From an uncultured virus (IMG/VR IMGVR_UViG_3300042374_001628) (Duplodnaviria; Heunggongvirae; Uroviricota; Caudoviricetes), in IMG/VR virus record IMGVR_UViG_3300042374_001628, positions 1-64,000 of that record: 64,000 nucleotides of DNA. The stretch is one strand, 5' to 3'. Below are positions 28,591 to 38,542 of this stretch, in pieces; position 1 is the stretch's first letter, and each line of letters opens with the position of its first letter. The notes beneath the pieces are model-generated. The model made no database searches. It was given only the letters and a program-made list of their open reading frames with translations, and was not told the origin of the DNA. The position numbers were made by a program, and so were the translations under genes.

Positions 28591-30147
28591 TTATGCTATA
28601 GTCGTTACATTATAAGTTGCACTTCTGTCCATCGGACTTATAGATAAAGACTCATCTTGTTTTATTGCTGATGTTGAAATCCTCATATCCTCTGGAAACG
28701 AAACCAAATTTACATTTTTTCCATATTTTCTATTTTTATTTATAGTTACTTCATAAAATGTTTTTTGATCATGCTGCTGCCTAACAATGCTATTATTTAT
28801 ATAATAATCAGTATAAATATTTACAGGATATTTTTCAGAAATTGACTCCTTCTCCTCTTCTATTCCGTTTGGATTATTATTTATAGTCTTGTTTGTATAA
28901 GATACGCTATACTGAACTGTTCCATTGTACTTGCTAGAAGTAAATGTTTCATTGCTTTTATTTAATATGCCGCTAGAACTACAGCGGTTTGTATTTATTG
29001 ATAAAAATCTAGAATATAAACTATTTATTTTTGACAATAATAATGATTCTTTTTGATTGTAGCCATAAATAGCATTATTATATTTTCTATCTGTATTTGG
29101 CACGCCATCACCTTGAATAGACAGATTAGCTGTGCAGTTAATTAGGTAAGTATCGCCAAGATCGACAGATGTTTCAATAGACCAATCATACCTATTCTCT
29201 ATAAATGGATTATCCGTATAGACTGTTTCTAATTCAATTGTACCATTAAATCTATCTACGTTATATCCTTGGGTTATTGGAAAATTATTAAGAGATCCAG
29301 TCACATAATTAACATAAAAATTCTGTGATCTTTGATAACAGTTAGGCTTTAATTCTGCTAGTTTATTTTTAACGGTTGTAAATTTAGGATCTTGATTGGC
29401 CTGTATCTGAACAGATTCAGTAACTTCAGTAATTCCATTTTCATCTCTACGAAGTGAATATGAAAAATCAGCGTTTGATGAATCTCCGCTTATGTTTTTA
29501 TCTAACCTTTCTGTAAAAGAAAAAATTTTATTTATTACATCAAAGCTTTCTTCGTAATATTTTTTTCCAGATAAAAAATTAGCATTCCCACTTATAAGAT
29601 TAAATGGCACTTCTTTTCCAATAATTCCAGACGCAATATTTTTTGCTAATAAATCCGCGCTACCATACGCAAGCGCATTTTCAAAACTAAAACTCACACT
29701 ATGTTCATAGCTATAATTATTGCTTGAATCAAGATCTAAAGAAAAATTTTCCGAAAAATCATTCATTAAATGAAGGGATAATCCTGTAAAATTTTGGAGA
29801 CCAGTAAAATAATTACCAGTCATATTATATAAATTACCCGTAGATAAAATTAAAATATCAGCCGTATATTCACCACGCCTTACCCAGTTTCCTTCATCTA
29901 CATTAATATTTCTTATATATCCAGATCCAAAATTTATCCCATTTAAAACAATATCATCGCTAACTTTTGCCAAATTTATAAGGGCATATATTCCACTTGA
30001 TACCCCACTTACACCACTTGTGTTGTAAAAATCTGCAATTGTTCCACGTACAGTAAGATTTTTTTCAATACTATAAACAAAATTATCTCCTAAAAATTTA
30101 GGAGAATGTGAGTATGATAGTAATGCTGCATTATTAAAAGTTATCAT
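28591..30147 (-). CDS. Putative distal tail protein
   Basis: Immediately follows the tape measure (TAATG overlap); beta-rich with internal repeats. Confidence 0.55.
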   Translation of the reverse strand: MITFNNAALLSYSHSPKFLGDNFVYSIEKNLTVRGTIADFYNTSGVSGVSSGIYALINLAKVSDDIVLNGINFGSGYIRNINVDEGNWVRRGEYTADILILSTGNLYNMTGNYFTGLQNFTGLSLHLMNDFSENFSLDLDSSNNYSYEHSVSFSFENALAYGSADLLAKNIASGIIGKEVPFNLISGNANFLSGKKYYEESFDVINKIFSFTERLDKNISGDSSNADFSYSLRRDENGITEVTESVQIQANQDPKFTTVKNKLAELKPNCYQRSQNFYVNYVTGSLNNFPITQGYNVDRFNGTIELETVYTDNPFIENRYDWSIETSVDLGDTYLINCTANLSIQGDGVPNTDRKYNNAIYGYNQKESLLLSKINSLYSRFLSINTNRCSSSGILNKSNETFTSSKYNGTVQYSVSYTNKTINNNPNGIEEEKESISEKYPVNIYTDYYINNSIVRQQHDQKTFYEVTINKNRKYGKNVNLVSFPEDMRISTSAIKQDESLSISPMDRSATYNVTTIA

Positions 30148-33100
30148 TACTTAAGATTATTTTGCGCTTTTAATTGTTGCATTTTCGCACTGAATTCATC
30201 TAATATTCTTTGTTTTTCTGCTGTTAACTTAAGATCTAAATCCTCTCGTGTTAAACCGCCCAAAGTAAAAGATACTGGGCCAGGATTTATATTTATAGAC
30301 GGGACAACTGAAGGGGAATCAGTCAAGCTTATTGGTTTTTCAAAATTAGATGGCTGCGGCTTATCTTTGCCAGACTTTTCTGCAGTAGTTGTGAAATATT
30401 CCAACATAGCTTGTACTGAACTTTCTATTAATTTGAAATTTGCAGCAGCTTGTTCTGCTGAAGTTGTAAGATCAAAAGCCATAGCGTTAACAATTGTTTC
30501 ATATGCCTTAAAAGCTTCGCTTCGATCAGCAAATCCGCCAAGTTGCTGAAGTGCCTTTATAGCAGCCTCAACCTCTTTCGACGAACCTTCAAACTTGCCA
30601 CCTTCCGGTAAAAATCTATTTTTTAAATAATCAATACCTAATTTGCTTGTGCCAGTAGCCTCCCCAACAGCCTGTTGGTTTAACATTCTTGCCCTGTTTT
30701 GATAATCTACTGGAAGCCCAAGATCAAAAGCCCTTTGCGCTGCGTTATTACCAGCCTGCCTCCTCACATTCATTACATCTGATCCAAATCTTGTAAATAT
30801 CTCTTCTGGAGTGGCGCCCAAAGACAAAGCCTCTTTTATTCTTTCTTGTGATCTTCTGGCAACAAACTCATTTTGTCCAATTTCACCACCAAAAAAATCA
30901 CTCTCTAATTGGCTAATCGCAGATTTGTTTTTATTATAGCTTAATAAGCTATCTATATCTTGAGACAGTTGCTGCGCTATTTTTTTAGAAGCATCCTTTA
31001 TTGCTCCAGCCGCAAGGCTTCTAGTTTTTTCTGCTTGGCCTTTGATATTTATACCAACTTCATCGAAAACTTCTCCATATAATTCTGATAAAACCTTTTT
31101 AAAACCAGAAGATTCTTCTATAGCTCTTGGGTCAATGTTTAATGTATCACTTATTAATTTTCCAAAATCTTTTTGTATTTGTTCTTTTCCGCCCAATTCT
31201 TTTAATCTAGTTTCTAAATCTGAATCTGTTAAGCCTTGAGTTATACCTGCATTTATTTGTTTTTTAAAAGCATCTCTAATATCTTTTGTCATTTCTCCAG
31301 AATATGTTTCTATTGGTGGCTGCTTGCCTACCAGCATGCCTGGGGCATTTGGGCCAGAGCCAGATCTTCCAACAAACTCAAAAGCCCTTGCTATTATAGA
31401 TCTTCTTTGTGTATTCAATAACTGCTCAACTGATACATCCGCTTGATTCCTGGCTGTTTGTTCTGCTTGTTTTTGTGTAATTTGACCAGAAACTTCCGTT
31501 AATCCTTGCATTCCGCGCTCTTTAATTGCATTTGTAAATTTTTTAGCAGTTTCAGGATCAAAACTATTTAAATAATTTATATAATTTTGCTCTGCTTTTC
31601 TAAGCTCTGACTGTGGAGCATTTTCTTCTAATAATCTAGTATATGTTTCGTAAGATGTTGCTAGCCCTTGAGTTTTTTCGTTAACCTTGGCCAATTCTTC
31701 GGTAGATTTTTCTGCTTTAGCCTGCAATTCTGGAAGATTTGTGTTTAATTGTTTTAATATATCTGTTAATCCTATTAGCCCGCCAGTAACCGCACCAAGT
31801 GCCGCGCCGACTGCCGCTCCCTTTGGTCCAAATGCCATGCCAACCATTCCGCCAGTTCCAGCAAAAGATGCAATTTGGCCAGCGCCACTTACTGCAGATG
31901 CCCCAACCCTTCCGCCTTGTGTATTTTGCGGTATTGCGTTTGCAATTGTTTCTGCAATGATTGGCGCAGCAAATGCCGTTCCAATACCTGGTCTAAAGCC
32001 TTTTGCTGATGATATTCCCCGTTGAAGAATGCCTGCACCTGACCTTCTAGCTGCACGTTGAGCTTGCGCCCTTTGCTCAATATCAAGCATGGCAGCATTA
32101 TATCCAGACGATCCTCTTTGTAGTGGGCCAGGCCCCATAGTTGACATTTTTTGAAGATTTGCTTTTTGTTGGGATATAGATTTCCTTTCAAGCTCAGCCC
32201 TTTGCTTATACGTTTCCTTTAATTCATTTACATCTTTTTTTCCTAATTGAGAAATACTAGCAAACAATGCGATTTGCGCGGCAACTGCCCCAATAGATTT
32301 AGCAAAATCTGAAATACCGCCTTGGGCTTCACCTTCACTACCAACTGCAAAATTTGGAGTAAATCCGGTAGCATACATCCCCATACCTTTGCGCTCGCGC
32401 CCAATTGCATCTTTTAATCCATTAGGTTCGTCACGCGTGTTTGTTACTGCAACTGGATTTCCACTCTTATCAAAGTGCGCGCGAATTTGTGAAACTGGAA
32501 CTCCACGATTTGTAGATGAAAAATTTGGTATAAAACCAGAAGCTTTTGATCTTGATAATTGTCCAGGTTTAATTTTTAATTTATTACTGATAAAAGCTTT
32601 TCTAGCAACATCATTTATTAAATTTTGTTGATTCCCAATTTTTGCTTCGTAGTCTCCAGGAATATTATTAAATAATTTTCTTAATTTGTCATTTGGGTTA
32701 ACAAAGTCAATAATAGCACTTGATCCACCAGACCTTCCGGCCTGTGTAACAGCAGAATCTGTAGCCTGCGTCACGGCACTTTCAAATATATTACCAGCAA
32801 TACTTCTAAAAGATCCATAATTTGCAAGCTGTTGTACTGATTTTATTCTAGCATTTGGAGAATAATTGCCGAAAATGCTTATAAATCGATTTGTAAAATC
32901 AATAACTTGATCTCCTAATAATTTTTCTAACTGAGCATCTTCTGGTTTAACTTTGGCATTGTAACCACTTGATTTAAATCCTACTTTATAAGTTTTTCCA
33001 TTTGGTGTTTTTTTATCTGTAATAAGGCCCTTTTGATCTGTATTGAAAAATCCTGTCTCATCTTTTATCCCAGCTTTTTCGCCATATATTAAACTTAAAG

Positions 33101-35189
33101 TACTAGTTTTGCCAAGATCAATAGTACTAGATGAACTTTTTCCCAGAGATGGTTTTTTTGCTGTGCCTAGTCTAGAATTAACAGCTTCAGCCGTAAATCT
33201 TTGACTTAATTGTGATCTAGAATATTGATTGCTTTGTATTGCCTCTTCTAATGAAATATTTGGTGGCAATTTTGTTTTTGCAAAATTTGGAATAAAACCA
33301 GAAGATGAAATTTTACGAGCACCACTTGGCAACCCATACTTTGCTTTCATATCTTTGTTAAAGATAGCAGTTCCATCCCCACCAGCAAAATTTGGCACAA
33401 CCCACTCTCCGGTATGTGCAGTTATTTTACCTTTCTTGCCTCCACCAAATGCAAAATTCGGAATAGTAACGGGCCTATCAGTTGCCGGATTTGCGCCACC
33501 AACTCTTGCATTAATATTCGCTTGCTCAATTGATTCTGGTAAATATCCAGCAGCAGCAGTTTTTGTCTTTGTAGCTACAAACTGCCTTCCTCCTATTGTT
33601 TGTACCCCAACAGATCCAGCAAGTGATTTAGATATCGATGCAGCAACAGAATTTTGCCTTTGCAAAGCTGCTGTCTGTTGTTGTATAACTGCCAAATATT
33701 CTTTGGCCGCAGTTGAAACAGAAACCTGCCCCTTTAAAATAGAATTATACAAACCGCTATTGTTTTGTAAAAATTTTGCTATATTTTGCTGAACCACCAC
33801 CTGCTCTTTTCCTGCCTGATTTGTTCCCAAAATACTTTTAAAAGCCTCTGCTCCATACTTTGTAAACTCAGCTAATAACTTAACGATTATTGCCGTTGCT
33901 AAAGCGAGCCCAGGCCCAGCAATAAATTTACCAAGACCATCAATTACCCCTCTACCAATCTGACCACCAACGCTTTGCGAATCTGCATTTCCCACAGACT
34001 CTGTTAATAAATTTGTTAAGTTTAAAACATTTCTAGCAGCATCTCCAAATAACCCCTCTCCAAGAGTTCCAGCAACTTTTTGAACATTTGCCAATGTTTT
34101 TGTTCCCAACGCAGATAACGTTTGATTTAACTGTTCATTTCTTTGAATGGCCTGATCGGTACTCGATAATGATGTTTTAAGCGCACGGTCGTAAATTGAA
34201 TACTCCTTACCTAAATCACCTAAAGCAGCTTTTAAGATGTTAATCTGGAAAACGCCGCCAACCTGCTCTGCTACATAATTTTTTTGAGTAGCTCCAAGCG
34301 TATCATAAACTAATGCAAGCTCTTTTAAAAGTTGAATTTGTGTTTTTACCTGACCGCTTTCATCAGTTGCGCTAATTCCAAGACCGCCCAAAACCTCTTG
34401 AACTTTTTCTCGACCAAGTCTTGTAAAAATTGTTTTCAGTGAGTTTCCTATAACCGCACCTCCACGAGCAGTAATTTGCTGCGCAGTTGTCACTAAAGCT
34501 ATCAATTCGTCAAAAGAAATTCCAGCATCGTCAGCAGAAGATCCAACACGACTCAATGCATTAGCCAAATCTGCAGAGCTAACAGCAAATGCGGCATCAA
34601 CATTAGCCAGCTTATTTACAATTTCTGTCGCTTCCAATGTCGCACTCTGAAAAGAGTTCATTGTAGCAGTAAGAGCCGCAACACTTGCTGCAGCATCCAG
34701 ACCACTTAAACGAGTCAAGATTAGCGCTGCCTCAGTACGTTTTAATGTTTCTTCTACCCCAAGGCCCTGACGAGACAACTCTGTTGCTGCTTCTGCAACA
34801 ACATCAAATGCTTGCGCTGTATTTCCAGCAATATCAAATAATGAGCTTCCAAAAGCCGCAAGATTTTTTTCTGACAAATTTAATATAACATTTATGTCTT
34901 GTAATTTTTTCTCTGTATTTACAAAACTCTGAAATAAAGACACTACTGCATTTTGTAATGCAAAAATACTTCCAGCAGCTGCGCCGAATGCAATAACACG
35001 AGCATTAGCAGCAGCCAAAGACTTATCAATTTCAGTTATTTGGCCGCTTAATTTTCCTAATGGTTGAGCGGCCCCCCTACCACCAGCCTGCACATCAATA
35101 ACTAGTGGCTGCTTAGCAACTTGGTTTATCTGTTGCCTAAGCTTCGCTGTATTACCGCTAACATCTACGCTAATATTTGGGTTTGCCAT
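30147..35189 (-). CDS. Tail tape measure protein (TP901-like core) with accessory central cassettes
   Basis: 1680 aa, Ala/Gly/Gln-rich helical; ELSRQGL, VNKLANVDAAFAVSSADLANAL, GAVIGNSLKTIFTRL. Confidence 0.92.
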   Translation of the reverse strand: MANPNISVDVSGNTAKLRQQINQVAKQPLVIDVQAGGRGAAQPLGKLSGQITEIDKSLAAANARVIAFGAAAGSIFALQNAVVSLFQSFVNTEKKLQDINVILNLSEKNLAAFGSSLFDIAGNTAQAFDVVAEAATELSRQGLGVEETLKRTEAALILTRLSGLDAAASVAALTATMNSFQSATLEATEIVNKLANVDAAFAVSSADLANALSRVGSSADDAGISFDELIALVTTAQQITARGGAVIGNSLKTIFTRLGREKVQEVLGGLGISATDESGQVKTQIQLLKELALVYDTLGATQKNYVAEQVGGVFQINILKAALGDLGKEYSIYDRALKTSLSSTDQAIQRNEQLNQTLSALGTKTLANVQKVAGTLGEGLFGDAARNVLNLTNLLTESVGNADSQSVGGQIGRGVIDGLGKFIAGPGLALATAIIVKLLAEFTKYGAEAFKSILGTNQAGKEQVVVQQNIAKFLQNNSGLYNSILKGQVSVSTAAKEYLAVIQQQTAALQRQNSVAASISKSLAGSVGVQTIGGRQFVATKTKTAAAGYLPESIEQANINARVGGANPATDRPVTIPNFAFGGGKKGKITAHTGEWVVPNFAGGDGTAIFNKDMKAKYGLPSGARKISSSGFIPNFAKTKLPPNISLEEAIQSNQYSRSQLSQRFTAEAVNSRLGTAKKPSLGKSSSSTIDLGKTSTLSLIYGEKAGIKDETGFFNTDQKGLITDKKTPNGKTYKVGFKSSGYNAKVKPEDAQLEKLLGDQVIDFTNRFISIFGNYSPNARIKSVQQLANYGSFRSIAGNIFESAVTQATDSAVTQAGRSGGSSAIIDFVNPNDKLRKLFNNIPGDYEAKIGNQQNLINDVARKAFISNKLKIKPGQLSRSKASGFIPNFSSTNRGVPVSQIRAHFDKSGNPVAVTNTRDEPNGLKDAIGRERKGMGMYATGFTPNFAVGSEGEAQGGISDFAKSIGAVAAQIALFASISQLGKKDVNELKETYKQRAELERKSISQQKANLQKMSTMGPGPLQRGSSGYNAAMLDIEQRAQAQRAARRSGAGILQRGISSAKGFRPGIGTAFAAPIIAETIANAIPQNTQGGRVGASAVSGAGQIASFAGTGGMVGMAFGPKGAAVGAALGAVTGGLIGLTDILKQLNTNLPELQAKAEKSTEELAKVNEKTQGLATSYETYTRLLEENAPQSELRKAEQNYINYLNSFDPETAKKFTNAIKERGMQGLTEVSGQITQKQAEQTARNQADVSVEQLLNTQRRSIIARAFEFVGRSGSGPNAPGMLVGKQPPIETYSGEMTKDIRDAFKKQINAGITQGLTDSDLETRLKELGGKEQIQKDFGKLISDTLNIDPRAIEESSGFKKVLSELYGEVFDEVGINIKGQAEKTRSLAAGAIKDASKKIAQQLSQDIDSLLSYNKNKSAISQLESDFFGGEIGQNEFVARRSQERIKEALSLGATPEEIFTRFGSDVMNVRRQAGNNAAQRAFDLGLPVDYQNRARMLNQQAVGEATGTSKLGIDYLKNRFLPEGGKFEGSSKEVEAAIKALQQLGGFADRSEAFKAYETIVNAMAFDLTTSAEQAAANFKLIESSVQAMLEYFTTTAEKSGKDKPQPSNFEKPISLTDSPSVVPSININPGPVSFTLGGLTREDLDLKLTAEKQRILDEFSAKMQQLKAQNNLK
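32346..33470 (-). repeat. Five PNF[AS] peptide repeats in the tape measure (three as GF[IT]PNF)
   Basis: 33450-33470 VTIPNFA, 33384-33404 WVVPNFA, 33279-33299 GFIPNFA, 32517-32537 GFIPNFS, 32346-32366 GFTPNFA. Confidence 0.8.
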
Positions 35190-35216
35190 GCCTTGTAATC
35201 CTTTTTCCTTCTATAA

Positions 35217-35222
35217 ATTACA
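35217..35222 (-). promoter_or_regulatory. TGTAAT putative late promoter (tape measure)
   Basis: Recurrent motif, 27 nt before the ATG. Confidence 0.55.
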
Positions 35223-35264
35223 TTTTTTTAATACAAAATCGCATAAGCAAAAATGTAATAATTT

Positions 35265-36278
35265 TTATTTTTTTATTAAATCATAGATCCCCAAATCACC
35301 CCTCTGATTTGTTTCTTGTATAATTTTATCCCCAGATACCTCGCCACCACCAATGGCCTTAACTTCATCCCTATTTCCAAATAAAAATGAAGAGCTATTA
35401 TCTGAGCCAGATTTATTTTTTAATTTATTACGGGCATCTGACATTGTTTCTTTTTGCTTTTTAGACGCCTCAAACCAGTCAATTATTTTGTCTGGATCCT
35501 CATAAATGCTATCTGGAATATTGCCATCTGAATTTTTGATAATATTTTGATAATACTTTCCAAAAATAAGCAAATCAGACTGATGTTTTGTCAAATCTAT
35601 AGCACATTTTCCAAACACATCTTTTGGGTTTGATCCTGAAATATAAATAATATTTTGAAAAAGTGACGAGATAGCCAGCTGTTTAATTTTCTTTTCTGCG
35701 AAATCTGTTAAAAATTTATAGTAATAAATAGTTAATTCATCAACAAGCAAATCGTCAGATAATTCAAAATCATCTATCTGTTCAAAAAACCTTTTATTAA
35801 AATATTGATCTTTAAATACAAAATTTTGCAAAAAATAATCTACGGTTTTCTTGCTAGACCAATCTTCAGCAGTCATTACAATATAAGCACTTCTTTCATC
35901 TTTTAACTTCTTAAGACGATTTTCTTGCTCTTTAATCTGTTCTGATATTCTAGACTTATCAGATTCGTAAATTAGCTTTGATTGAGTTTTTTTTAACCTA
36001 TCTATGGAAATTTTAGTAGATTCAAGCGCACCCTCTTTTTCTTTTGTCCACCACCCATTATCATAAGCAGTTTGAATTTGCTCTTTTTCTGGAAAAATTC
36101 CATGATGTCTCGCCAGCTTTAAATTACCAGCATAATCATTTCTTATTCCAAGAAGTTCAAAATGATTTAAGTGCTTAAAATACGCTGGCTGTTTTTCACT
36201 AGAAATCAGCACATATTTGCTATAGCCATTAGATATATCTTCTAATACGGCCAATAATATATCAATTTGGCCATCCAT
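35265..36278 (-). CDS. Putative tail assembly chaperone
   Basis: Between the tail tube and tape measure genes; charged helical protein. Confidence 0.5.
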   Translation of the reverse strand: MDGQIDILLAVLEDISNGYSKYVLISSEKQPAYFKHLNHFELLGIRNDYAGNLKLARHHGIFPEKEQIQTAYDNGWWTKEKEGALESTKISIDRLKKTQSKLIYESDKSRISEQIKEQENRLKKLKDERSAYIVMTAEDWSSKKTVDYFLQNFVFKDQYFNKRFFEQIDDFELSDDLLVDELTIYYYKFLTDFAEKKIKQLAISSLFQNIIYISGSNPKDVFGKCAIDLTKHQSDLLIFGKYYQNIIKNSDGNIPDSIYEDPDKIIDWFEASKKQKETMSDARNKLKNKSGSDNSSSFLFGNRDEVKAIGGGEVSGDKIIQETNQRGDLGIYDLIKK

Positions 36279-36291
36279 GGATTATTATATT

Positions 36292-37023
36292 TTAACTAGA
36301 TTCTTTTTGTGATGCAGAGTCAACCAAAACAAAATCTTGCCATTGATTAATTTTATTTAAAAACCATAAAGTTATTAAATAGTTAAATCTTTGACCAATT
36401 TTTACCAAATAGACATCATTTTCATCATCTAAATTTAAACCATCATACCAGTCTAATTTTTGATCAAAACTTGTGCCTTCAAAAAATTTTTCGTTTTCAT
36501 TTTTATATGCCAGCTCTGTCAACCACCATTGAATCGACATATTTCTAGCTTTTGCCTCTGCTGTGTTTTCAAAAATATAAATCTGTTCAAGTTCAAATGT
36601 TTGTATATCTTTTTTAACTTGATCAATTTCCTCTTGCAGCCGTGCTTGTTTTACCGTCTGCTCTTCGTTTAATTCTGAAATTTGTTCAAGTTTATTTAAT
36701 TCTATACTGTATTCAAAAAATTTTTTCCTGGCATCGGTATATTGCTGAGCCTCTGATTCTGAAATTGTTCCACCCAAATTTTCTAAAATAGTATTCCATG
36801 CAGCTTTTGGTAAAAGCCCAGACTTCACAAAGCTTGCAAGTTGCTTTGCATATTCTATTTCGCCCATTTGCCTTAAAGAGCGCGAAGGTTTTAGGATATA
36901 AAATGTATTTTCTTCACCTTTTGGATTTTTAGCCTCAAAAGCATAAAGCCATTTTTTAGTATCAAAATCTGCTTTTATTTCGTTCTGATTTTGGTCGTTT
37001 TGGTTATCAATATTTTCACTCAT
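36292..37023 (-). CDS. Putative tail assembly chaperone
   Basis: Position; acidic coiled-coil; shares a TAE motif after the coiled coil with 35265..36278. Confidence 0.5.
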   Translation of the reverse strand: MSENIDNQNDQNQNEIKADFDTKKWLYAFEAKNPKGEENTFYILKPSRSLRQMGEIEYAKQLASFVKSGLLPKAAWNTILENLGGTISESEAQQYTDARKKFFEYSIELNKLEQISELNEEQTVKQARLQEEIDQVKKDIQTFELEQIYIFENTAEAKARNMSIQWWLTELAYKNENEKFFEGTSFDQKLDWYDGLNLDDENDVYLVKIGQRFNYLITLWFLNKINQWQDFVLVDSASQKESS

Positions 37024-37025
37024 AT

Positions 37026-37262
37026 TTACTTATTATTATCCTTATTAATTAAAACAAAATCAAAATTTTCTATCTCTTGTAGAATTTCTCTTATGCAGTT
37101 ATTTCCATTATCAAGAATTCTTTTTCTTATTTTTTGAAATTCTTCCTCAGACATTCGACCGTCAGCAACAATGTCTTCTAGACAGTATATAAAGAATAAA
37201 AAGAGACGAGTAACAGATTTTTTAATAAAACCTTTAATAAATTCTTTAATATCAAATTTCAC
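37026..37262 (-). CDS. Hypothetical protein
   Basis: 78-aa ORF, GTG start, conserved AAGG-rich leader. Confidence 0.65.
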   Translation of the reverse strand: MKFDIKEFIKGFIKKSVTRLFLFFIYCLEDIVADGRMSEEEFQKIRKRILDNGNNCIREILQEIENFDFVLINKDNNK

Positions 37263-37289
37263 CTTTATAAACCTTTTTCCTTAATAGGT

Positions 37290-37295
37290 ATTACA
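37290..37295 (-). promoter_or_regulatory. TGTAAT putative late promoter (chaperone operon)
   Basis: Just downstream of the tail tube terminator, 27 nt before the GTG. Confidence 0.6.
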
Positions 37296-37300
37296 CTTAA

Positions 37301-37333
37301 AAAACAAAAAGGGCAGGATTTCTCCTGCCCTTT
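37301..37333 (-). terminator. Rho-independent terminator after the tail tube gene
   Basis: AAAGGGCAGGA-GAAA-TCCTGCCCTTT plus T-tract on the minus strand. Confidence 0.85.
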
Positions 37334-37352
37334 ATTTGTTAAGTTTTATTGA

Positions 37353-38465
37353 TTAGCTTAATGCTGCCACTGGATAACTTCCAGATAAGAAAATACCGCG
37401 AACAGTATCTTCTGGTCCGCCAATTGGAACTTCGAAATCGGCACTTAATGTTGCATTTCCACCAATTGTTGTAGCAAGGGCTTGGCTTACCAATTTGGCG
37501 CCCTTTAGCGTAGCGCTCATAGCTACATCTCCTTGCCCAGAACAGTTGATTTTTTTCAATTTCAATGTTAAATCGTATGTTCCAGTTTGGCACAATAAAT
37601 CAGAAACGCTACCATTAGTTAAATCTCCAATTTCTGTTTCAACAGAAAGAGTTGCTGTAACAGGGAAATCAATTTCTCTTGCAAAAGAGAATCTACTGCC
37701 CAATTTATTGATTGGCGTACGTGTTAAGTCAAAGCTCATAGAAGCGCTTTGAATTTTTAAGTCGCTTGCGGCAAAACCAACAACGCCAGTTAAATCAAGA
37801 GTTGCATCGCCTGGAAGTAGTGCCGTTGGTTGTGCTCCGTATGCATTTGTTTTATGTTGTGGCAAAACAAAGTACTGACCCGCAATAGACAATCCATTTT
37901 CAGGATTTACTGCAGGAACATCATTTGTTCCAGTAACATTTCCATAAATTTTTGTATTTAATGCCTCTAAGGCAACTGTTGCTGTAGGTATATCTCCAAC
38001 GGCAACATCAAGCGTATAAGAAGTGATGAATGTATTTCCAATACCAACAACGCCGCTAACACTTCCAGCAAAACTAGAAGCATCACTTCCTTCAGATGTT
38101 ACTAAAAGATATAAATTTTTTTCATCTGTATTCTTTTGAAGAATATCTTTAATGCAAGATACTCCAGCTTGGTTACCAGTTGTTACCGTTAGCCCCAAAA
38201 ATTTTTCATTAAGGCCATCTGTAACATAATAAGAAACGTTAGAAGTAACGGTTGGTGCTTCTGCATCAAGACGATCAATGAACGCCAAGTTACCAAATTG
38301 GTTGATGTCTGTTAAATTGCGTGTAAAATCTGAGTCAAAAGACTGTACACGGGTTAACTGTTTGATGTCGCTAGCGCCAGTTTGCATGATTCTAGCACCA
38401 TTTGAGCCAGTTGTTTGGCTGGCAAAAACTCCTAGTGATTGATAAATAATTCGATTTCTGCTCAT
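37353..38465 (-). CDS. Major tail tube protein
   Basis: LTRVQS...DINQFG, RTPINKLGSRFSFAREIDFP; own promoter motif and terminator; upstream of chaperones and tape measure. Confidence 0.75.
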   Translation of the reverse strand: MSRNRIIYQSLGVFASQTTGSNGARIMQTGASDIKQLTRVQSFDSDFTRNLTDINQFGNLAFIDRLDAEAPTVTSNVSYYVTDGLNEKFLGLTVTTGNQAGVSCIKDILQKNTDEKNLYLLVTSEGSDASSFAGSVSGVVGIGNTFITSYTLDVAVGDIPTATVALEALNTKIYGNVTGTNDVPAVNPENGLSIAGQYFVLPQHKTNAYGAQPTALLPGDATLDLTGVVGFAASDLKIQSASMSFDLTRTPINKLGSRFSFAREIDFPVTATLSVETEIGDLTNGSVSDLLCQTGTYDLTLKLKKINCSGQGDVAMSATLKGAKLVSQALATTIGGNATLSADFEVPIGGPEDTVRGIFLSGSYPVAALS

Positions 38466-38505
38466 ATTTTTATATTAATTTAAATTAAAGTATTACTCTT
38501 ATATA

Positions 38506-38511
38506 ATTACA
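38506..38511 (-). promoter_or_regulatory. TGTAAT putative late promoter (tail tube)
   Basis: TGTAATTATATA, intergenic, 40 nt before the ATG. Confidence 0.55.
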
Positions 38512-38542
38512 TTTAAAAAGCATGAAAGGCACATTTTTTTTG

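Noticed and set aside
35254..35259. Plus-strand TGTAAT as an antisense promoter into 35265..36278
   Set aside because: Single hexamer in AT-rich DNA with no downstream gene; chance is sufficient
36278..36320. Programmed frameshift joining the two tail chaperone genes (lambda G/GT style) at CAAAAAG
   Set aside because: The downstream gene is in the +1 frame and has two in-frame TAA codons just before its ATG, so no fusion is possible
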